64,000 bases of DNA, from NCBI GenBank assembly GCA_015233675.1, contig JADFXH010000001.1, positions 76,563-140,562 of the forward strand, written 5' to 3'. The notes below the pieces were generated by a model, which was not told where the DNA came from, made no database searches, and was given only the letters and a program-made list of their open reading frames with translations. A program made the translations under genes and the position numbers. This DNA comes from Candidatus Omnitrophota bacterium (GTDB lineage: Bacteria; Omnitrophota; Gorgyraeia; Zapsychrales; Fredricksoniimonadaceae). This document shows positions 58,235 to 64,000 of this stretch, piece by piece. How positions within the stretch are numbered: position 1 is the stretch's first letter; each line of letters opens with the position of its first letter.

Positions 58235-58360
58235 GTCATTCTGAGACGAAGGCCCTCATACCGGGCACTCATTATTATTCGCTGAAGAATCTCTTAATGA
58301 ATTAATTTTGTTGAGATCCTTCGCTTCGTTCAGGATGACACGGCATCTTTTTAGGATGAC
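58235..58360. repeat. inverted pair of GTCATYCTGA...GAAGGATC REP-like repeats
   Basis: gtcattctgagacgaagg (58235-58252) faces gagatccttcgcttcgttcaggatgac (58313-58339), with an extra aggatgac. Confidence 0.65.
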
Positions 58361-58372
58361 ATGGCAACTTTT

Positions 58373-61162
58373 TTATTTCTTCTTGGCTGTTTTCTTTTTA
58401 GAGCCGCTTTTAATGTCACTTAACGCTGCCTGTGCTGCTGCCAAACGGGCAATAGGCACGCGGTACGGCGAACAAGAAACATAGTTCATGCCGACCTTGT
58501 GACAAAACTTAACGCTCTGGGCTTCCCCGCCGTGTTCTCCGCAGATACCTATTTTTAAATCTTTACGCGTTGAACGGCCGAGTTGGATGCCCATTTTTAC
58601 TAACAGGCCTACACCTTGCTGATCCAAGCTTTGGAATGGATCATCCTTAAAAATACCTTTTCCGCCTTCTTTCTCATTAGCCACATATACCGGCAGGAAA
58701 CGCCCTGCATCGTCGCGGGAAAGGCCTAATGTCATCTGGGTCAAATCATTGGTGCCGAAACTGAAAAATTCTGCCACCTCGGCAATTTGGTCTGCCAAAA
58801 GTGCCGCGCGGGGAATTTCAATCATGGTACCGACCATGTACGGCAGTTTAACACCAGCCTTCTTGATCAAGCTGTCTGCAACTGCACGGGTTTGCTGCTC
58901 TAAAATTTGAAACTCTTTTTTATCGATGGTCAAAGGATGCATGATCTCCGGGAACACCTTGATCCCTTCTTTCCTGCACTTGATGGCCGCTTCGATAATG
59001 GCTGTGATTTGCATATCCAAAATTTCCGGATAAGTGATACACAAACGGCAGCCTCTGTGCCCCAGCATCGGATTGGATTCATGCAGCTGTTCACAGCGAT
59101 GCTTGATTTTATCATGTGAAAGACCGGTAATTTTACTGAGCTTGTCAATCCCGGCATCATCTTTGGGCGTAAACTCGTGCAACGGAGGATCAATCAAACG
59201 GATCGTCACCGGTTTACCGTCCATGGCCTTAAAAATACCGTAAAAATCATCTCTTTGAAATGGTAATAGTTTCGCCAAGGCTGCTTTTCGGCTTTCTAAA
59301 GTCTCTGCTACGATCATTTCCTGAATAGCCAGACGACGTTCTTCAGTATCAAAGAACATATGCTCGGTGCGGCAAAGGCCTATACCTTCAGCTCCCATTT
59401 TAACGGCATTGATCGCGTCATACGGAGTATCCGCGTTGGTACGGACATTAATAGTACGAAATGAGTCCGCCCATTTAAGAATGGTGTAATAGGCTTGAGG
59501 AAGCTCCGGCTCTTTAAGAGGAAGGTCCCCGATATATATTTCGCCTGCAGAACCATCTAAGGTGATGTAATCGCCTTGTTTGATCTCTTTGCCGCCGATC
59601 ACCATGGTTTTGGTGTCATAATTAATATTTAAAGCTTCACAGCCGACGATACAGCATTTCCCCCAGCCGCGGGCAACCACCGCCGCGTGAGAAGTCTTTC
59701 CGCCGGTGGCTGTCAATATGCCTTTGGCCGCGTGCATACCGCCCACATCCTCAGGACTGGTTTCTTTGCGGACCAAAATGACTCTTTGGCCATCATGGGC
59801 CATTTGTTCCGCTTCAGCGGCTGTGAAAACAACTTTTCCTGCCGCGGCGCCCGGAACAGCATTGATACCGCTGCCCAAACGGATATTTTTAAGCTGATCA
59901 ATACCTGTTTTCTTGGCATCGATGACAGGATAAAAAAGACGTTCAATATCATCAGAAGTAAGACGATTAACAGCCTCTTGTTTGGTGATGACAGGTTTTA
60001 CGGCAGCCTGTGCAAACTTTTTAGGCAGAAAACCTTTTTTGACCAAATCATTGGCCTGCGCTTTAGTCAATAAAGGCTGGGTGGCGTGGTCTAATGCGAT
60101 TTGAAAAGCCGCCATCGGCGAACGTTTACCGGTACGGCACTGCAGCATATAAAGCTTCTCGTCCTCAACAGTAAATTCTAAATCCTGCATTTCCTTATAA
60201 TAGGATTCCAAGATCGCGCGAACCGCGCAAAGCTGATCATAAGCTTTGGGCATCTGGTCCTTGAGCGTCGAGAGCTTCAATGGGGTACGAATACCAGCCA
60301 CCACGTCTTCACCTTGGGCGTTAATCAGATAATCACCATAGAAGGTGTTTTCACCGCTGTTAGGGTCACGGGTAAAGCAAACTCCGGTACCGCTTTTGTC
60401 ACCCTTATTACCAAAGACCATTTGCACCACATTAACGGCCGTACCTTTAAGGTCGGTAATTTTCTCAACCCGGCGATAAGTCTGCGCTTTTTCAGCCTCC
60501 CAGCTGTTAAAAACCGCCATAATCGCACCCCACAACTGCTTCCAGGGGTCTTGCGGGAATTCTTCACCTTTATTTTGTTTATAAAAAGCCTTGAATTGTT
60601 CACAAAGCTCTTTGAGTTTCTCCGCGGGGATCTCGGGATCGGTCGCGACGCCTAACTGGCGCTTCATGGCGTGCAACATATCTTCCATCGGCTGTTTGGA
60701 AAGCCCCATGGCGGTACAAGAATACATTTGAATAAATCGACGGTACGCATCATAGGCAAAGCGGGCATTGCCGGTTTTCTCGGCTAACCCTTCCACACTC
60801 TTATCATTCAAACCTAAATTTAAAATAGTTTCCAGCATGCCCGGCATGGAACGCGCCGCGCCTGAACGAACGGAAACAAGCAACGGATCTTTATTATCGC
60901 CTAATTTCTTGCGCGTGACTTTTTCTAATTTAAGCACCGCTTCACGCACTTCTTTTTCTAACCCGGCGGGAAGTTTACGGCCGAGTTTATAGTATTCTTC
61001 GCAAGTTGGGATGCTGAGAGTGAAACCCGCCGGCACTGAAATGCCGATGCTGGTCATTTCCATCAGGCCGATACCCTTGCCGCCTAAAACATTTTTAGTT
61101 AAATCTGAACCCTTTGCTTCCGCCTTACCGGCGCCGTAAAAAAACACATGCTTTTTTGCCAT
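58373..61162 (-). CDS. ppdK: pyruvate, phosphate dikinase
   Basis: 929 aa. Phosphohistidine region GGKTSHAAVVARG and a PEP-utilising C-terminal domain (FSFGTNDLTQ). Confidence 0.9.
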   Translation of the reverse strand: MAKKHVFFYGAGKAEAKGSDLTKNVLGGKGIGLMEMTSIGISVPAGFTLSIPTCEEYYKLGRKLPAGLEKEVREAVLKLEKVTRKKLGDNKDPLLVSVRSGAARSMPGMLETILNLGLNDKSVEGLAEKTGNARFAYDAYRRFIQMYSCTAMGLSKQPMEDMLHAMKRQLGVATDPEIPAEKLKELCEQFKAFYKQNKGEEFPQDPWKQLWGAIMAVFNSWEAEKAQTYRRVEKITDLKGTAVNVVQMVFGNKGDKSGTGVCFTRDPNSGENTFYGDYLINAQGEDVVAGIRTPLKLSTLKDQMPKAYDQLCAVRAILESYYKEMQDLEFTVEDEKLYMLQCRTGKRSPMAAFQIALDHATQPLLTKAQANDLVKKGFLPKKFAQAAVKPVITKQEAVNRLTSDDIERLFYPVIDAKKTGIDQLKNIRLGSGINAVPGAAAGKVVFTAAEAEQMAHDGQRVILVRKETSPEDVGGMHAAKGILTATGGKTSHAAVVARGWGKCCIVGCEALNINYDTKTMVIGGKEIKQGDYITLDGSAGEIYIGDLPLKEPELPQAYYTILKWADSFRTINVRTNADTPYDAINAVKMGAEGIGLCRTEHMFFDTEERRLAIQEMIVAETLESRKAALAKLLPFQRDDFYGIFKAMDGKPVTIRLIDPPLHEFTPKDDAGIDKLSKITGLSHDKIKHRCEQLHESNPMLGHRGCRLCITYPEILDMQITAIIEAAIKCRKEGIKVFPEIMHPLTIDKKEFQILEQQTRAVADSLIKKAGVKLPYMVGTMIEIPRAALLADQIAEVAEFFSFGTNDLTQMTLGLSRDDAGRFLPVYVANEKEGGKGIFKDDPFQSLDQQGVGLLVKMGIQLGRSTRKDLKIGICGEHGGEAQSVKFCHKVGMNYVSCSPYRVPIARLAAAQAALSDIKSGSKKKTAKKK

Positions 61163-61191
61163 TTCTCAACTGCCTTTCTATTAATTATTGC

Positions 61192-62505
61192 TTAATTAAG
61201 TTTTTCCTTCAAATACCCCGACAGGTGTTCCAATGCAATACGCTCCTGCTGCATGGTATCCCGAAAACGGACCGTCACCTGTTTATCCTCAAGAGATTGC
61301 ACATCCACGGTAACACAAAAAACTGTTCCCACCTCATCCTGACGGCGGTAGAGCTTTCCTATGGCAGCTGTATCATCATACACGCAAACCATGTCTTTTT
61401 GAAGCTCGGATTTAATTTTTTTAGCCAAAGCCACAATACCCTCATTCTTCTTAAGTAAAGGCAAAACCGCCACCTTAATCGGGGCTAATTTAGGATGAAA
61501 TTTCATGACCACGCGCAAGGTGTCATTAACGGTTTCTTCATGGTAGGCATCCACCAAGAACGCTAAAGTCGCCCGGTCGCATCCGCCGGAAGGTTCTATC
61601 ACATGAGGGAAAAACTTCTCATTGGTCACCGGGTCCTGATACTGCAGGTCCTTGCCGGAAAATTGCGCGTGCTGTTTTAAATCATAGTCCCCGCGATTGG
61701 CAATGCCTTCGAGTTCCGACCAGCCAAAAGGAAATAGGTATTCTACGTCAGTACAGCCCGCGGCGTAATGGGCCAGTTCTTCTTTGTCATGCTCCCGCAG
61801 TTTTAAATTTTCCTTTTTAATCCCTAAATCAATGTACCACCCAAAACGGTCTTTTATCCATTCCTGATATTTTTGCAAGGCTTGTTCGGGACGGCAGAAA
61901 TACTCAATTTCCATTTGCTCGAATTCACGGGTACGGAAAGTAAAATTCCCCGGGGTAATTTCATTGCGGAATGATTTTCCGATTTGGGCAATACCAAAAG
62001 GTAATTTGCGGTGGGTGGAGTCAACCACATTAGCAAAATTAACAAAGATCCCCTGGGCGGTTTCCGGCCTTAGATAAACGACCGATGAAGAATCTTCCAT
62101 GGCCCCTAGGCTGGTTTTAAGCATCAAATTAAAAGCACGCGCTTCAGTGAAATCAAAGCCTCCACACGCAGGGCATTTGCCGCCATTGAGTTGATCGGCA
62201 CGCAGACGTTTAGAACATTTGGTGTTTTTGCAATCCACCATCATGTCGGCAAAATTAGCCGTATGACCCGAAGCTTCCCAAGTACGCGGGTGCATGAGTA
62301 TGGCCGCATCCAGCCCCATGACATCATCACGGAAATGTACCACAGCTTGCCACCAGGCATTTTTGACGTTACGCTTAAGCTCAGCACCCAGCGGACCGTA
62401 ATCCCAGGCACCGTTTAAGCCGCCGTAAATTTCGGAAGATTGAAAAATAAAACCCCGGCGCTTGGCCAAGGCAACAATTTTATCCATTAAATCCGGTTGG
62501 TTCAT
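61192..62505 (-). CDS. glyQS: glycine--tRNA ligase (homodimeric GlyQS type)
   Basis: 437 aa with class II motifs (FRNEITPGNFTFRTREFEQMEIEYF). Confidence 0.9.
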   Translation of the reverse strand: MNQPDLMDKIVALAKRRGFIFQSSEIYGGLNGAWDYGPLGAELKRNVKNAWWQAVVHFRDDVMGLDAAILMHPRTWEASGHTANFADMMVDCKNTKCSKRLRADQLNGGKCPACGGFDFTEARAFNLMLKTSLGAMEDSSSVVYLRPETAQGIFVNFANVVDSTHRKLPFGIAQIGKSFRNEITPGNFTFRTREFEQMEIEYFCRPEQALQKYQEWIKDRFGWYIDLGIKKENLKLREHDKEELAHYAAGCTDVEYLFPFGWSELEGIANRGDYDLKQHAQFSGKDLQYQDPVTNEKFFPHVIEPSGGCDRATLAFLVDAYHEETVNDTLRVVMKFHPKLAPIKVAVLPLLKKNEGIVALAKKIKSELQKDMVCVYDDTAAIGKLYRRQDEVGTVFCVTVDVQSLEDKQVTVRFRDTMQQERIALEHLSGYLKEKLN

Positions 62506-62546
62506 AGAAGTCTGTTATTTTAACAAAAGTTCCTCAAAAAGCAACT

Positions 62547-63308
62547 TTAAAACAATTTACCCACTATATAGGGCAAAACACTCTCAGTCCTGAAAATCCT
62601 GGGGCCCAAATCTATTGTCTGACACCCCACAGACTCTAATAATTCGATTTCATAATCTATGATGCCGCCTTCGGGGCCGATGATTAGGGTTATAGGTTGG
62701 TTTAAGATTCCCGCTTTCGCGGGAATGACAGTAGAAGCGCAGGGAATGACAGCGTTGAAGTTGGTAATGGCATGATCTCCACCGCCCGGATGGGCGACCA
62801 ATGCCCTATTCCCTTTAATAAGAGCAGGTAATTCGTCATCGACAAAAGATTTAAAACCTTTTTTAAGAATTACTTCCGGCATTAGCGTATCCTTGGCTTG
62901 CTCTAAGCCTAAGACCAATTGCTCTGTGATTGATTGAGGCTTGAGCGCCGAGGAATTCCATAAGCTTTTTTCTACCCGGTTAAAATTCAAAATAATTATT
63001 TTCTTGATCCCCAGCATCGCGGCAGAAAATAAAATGCGTTTAAGCATTGGCGGCCTTTGCAAAGCTAAAATCAAGGTCAAAGGCAAAGCCCCGGGCGGCT
63101 TTTGATTAAAATTGACTTCAAGTTCAACAGCATCGTTCTCCTTATGCACAAGCGTCCCTTTTCCCAGAAGACCGTTAATTTTACCGACGGTTAAACTTTG
63201 GCCGCATTGGGCTTTAAGGATATCCTGAATATGCAGAAACCTGCGCCCGCTTAAGCGCACGCGATGGGAAGAAATAAAGTCGGATTCTAAAAGTAAAATA
63301 AGGTTCAT
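62547..63308 (-). CDS. rsmE: 16S rRNA (uracil1498-N3)-methyltransferase RsmE, carrying an in-frame REP-derived insert
   Basis: HRVRL N-terminal pattern and IIGPEGG...LGPRIFRTES C-terminal SPOUT motifs. An extra ~17 aa (...VIPCASTVIPAKAGILNQ...) sits before IIGPEGG. Confidence 0.8.
   Translation of the reverse strand: MNLILLLESDFISSHRVRLSGRRFLHIQDILKAQCGQSLTVGKINGLLGKGTLVHKENDAVELEVNFNQKPPGALPLTLILALQRPPMLKRILFSAAMLGIKKIIILNFNRVEKSLWNSSALKPQSITEQLVLGLEQAKDTLMPEVILKKGFKSFVDDELPALIKGNRALVAHPGGGDHAITNFNAVIPCASTVIPAKAGILNQPITLIIGPEGGIIDYEIELLESVGCQTIDLGPRIFRTESVLPYIVGKLF
62707..62726. repeat. REP-like palindrome ATTCCCGC-tttc-GCGGGAAT inside rsmE
   Basis: Perfect 8-bp stem, followed by a partial second arm (gcagggaatgac). 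Confidence 0.7.
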
Positions 63309-63329
63309 TATTTATGCCCCCCTCCCCCA

Positions 63330-64000
63330 TCAAGGAGAGAGGGGAAGAAAACCAGGGGGCATATGAAATGAATGCGCATCATCGGGAAATTGGCCGCTGG
63401 TGACTTCCTTTTTAAATTGTTTGACAGCCTCTGTGATTTGCTTGCCTAAATCTACATACTTTTTGCTGAATTTAGGCTGGTTACAGACAGTAAGTCCCAG
63501 CAAATCATGGATCACCAAGACCTGCCCATCGCAATAAGGACCTGCGCCAATACCAATAGTCGGAATTTTCAATTGCCGGGTGATCATTTGGGCGATTTCC
63601 TGCGGTATACATTCCAAGACTATACTAAAACATCCCGCCTCTTGCATCGCTTGGGCATTATTGATGATCGCTTGGGCTGATGCCCTATCACGGCCTTGTA
63701 CCTTCATGCCTCCCAGTTGTTGAGCGGTCTGCGGAGTTAACCCTACATGACCCATCACAGGAATCCCGGACTGAATAATCTTTGAGGCCAACTGCGCACA
63801 GCCTTCGAACCATTCTAATTTTACTGCCTGGCAGCCGGCCTCGATGAATTGCCGGGCATGCCCAAGCGCCCCGGGGCCGCCATCAACCTGACAAGACCCA
63901 TAAGGCATATCAGCGACAACCATGGCGCTTCTGACTGCCCGCACCACCGCTTTGGTATGATGCAACATTTCTCCCATCCCTATCTCGGTAGTCGATTCCA
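63330..64000 (-). CDS. panB: 3-methyl-2-oxobutanoate hydroxymethyltransferase (C-terminal part; the ORF continues past the right edge)
   Basis: ...ESTTEIGMGEMLHHTKAVVRA...VVADMPYGS...VKLEW...PVMGHVGLTPQ...GGMKVQGR pattern. The frame stays open to position 64000. Confidence 0.8.
   Translation of the reverse strand, partial: ESTTEIGMGEMLHHTKAVVRAVRSAMVVADMPYGSCQVDGGPGALGHARQFIEAGCQAVKLEWFEGCAQLASKIIQSGIPVMGHVGLTPQTAQQLGGMKVQGRDRASAQAIINNAQAMQEAGCFSIVLECIPQEIAQMITRQLKIPTIGIGAGPYCDGQVLVIHDLLGLTVCNQPKFSKKYVDLGKQITEAVKQFKKEVTSGQFPDDAHSFHMPPGFLPLSP

Overview
Gene-dense bacterial chromosomal window with about 56 genes, almost all on the minus strand. The OMF/RND efflux system, ExbB/ExbD, a porin and lipoproteins point to a diderm. 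Indolepyruvate:ferredoxin oxidoreductase, PPDK and type III glutamine synthetase point to an anaerobic lifestyle. Taxonomy cannot be assigned from sequence alone.

Ordinary content, left to right: acyltransferase-3 (partial), a vWA/TPR/ExbD/ExbB cluster, a serine protease, amt-glnB-PAS/GGDEF/EAL, an envelope-stress-like operon behind an ECF-type promoter (anti-sigma, Spy/CpxP-like, lipoproteins), a GT39-like glycosyltransferase, FMN reductase and glgX. Then iorAB-paaK-ACT-paaI, metY-cysK-metX and an APC permease. Then a roughly 9 kb nitrogen island: amt-glnB-sigma, an APC permease::PII fusion, PII, a porin and glnN. Then PilZ, nrdAB, an OMF-MFP-RND efflux operon, an ElaB-like operon and pabB-like. 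Then a small accessory patch: a tandem HNH-like protein, a RAYT transposase with an in-frame stop, and tRNA-Arg(CCT). Finally a TPR protein, apt, sigma70 with an HTH-less LacI-type domain, ppdK, glyQS, rsmE and panB (partial).

The unusual part is non-coding. Several families of structured repeats sit precisely between the stop codon of one gene and the RBS of the next.
1. A MITE-like framework with 17-bp terminal inverted repeats (GGTNNTGTCAAAANTT) carries alternative cargoes.
2. Cargo A is a 178-bp near-perfect hairpin. Filled and empty sites are both visible in this window.
3. Cargo B is a roughly 205-nt element found three times, 22-25 nt upstream of glnN, the porin and glnB. Its stem shows compensatory changes and mismatches that become G:U only on the gene-sense strand. 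This is the best candidate for an undescribed cis-acting RNA of the nitrogen regulon.
4. A 50-nt unit (10 copies at 5 loci, up to 4 in tandem) has a 3' end that supplies the Shine-Dalgarno of the downstream gene.
5. Several REP-like hairpin families are present, one inserted in frame in rsmE.

Other notable items:
- an APC transporter with a C-terminal PII domain
- a tandem terminator leader in front of amt
- apt apparently starting at ATT
- a sigma factor translationally coupled to a LacI-type ligand-binding domain lacking a DNA-binding domain
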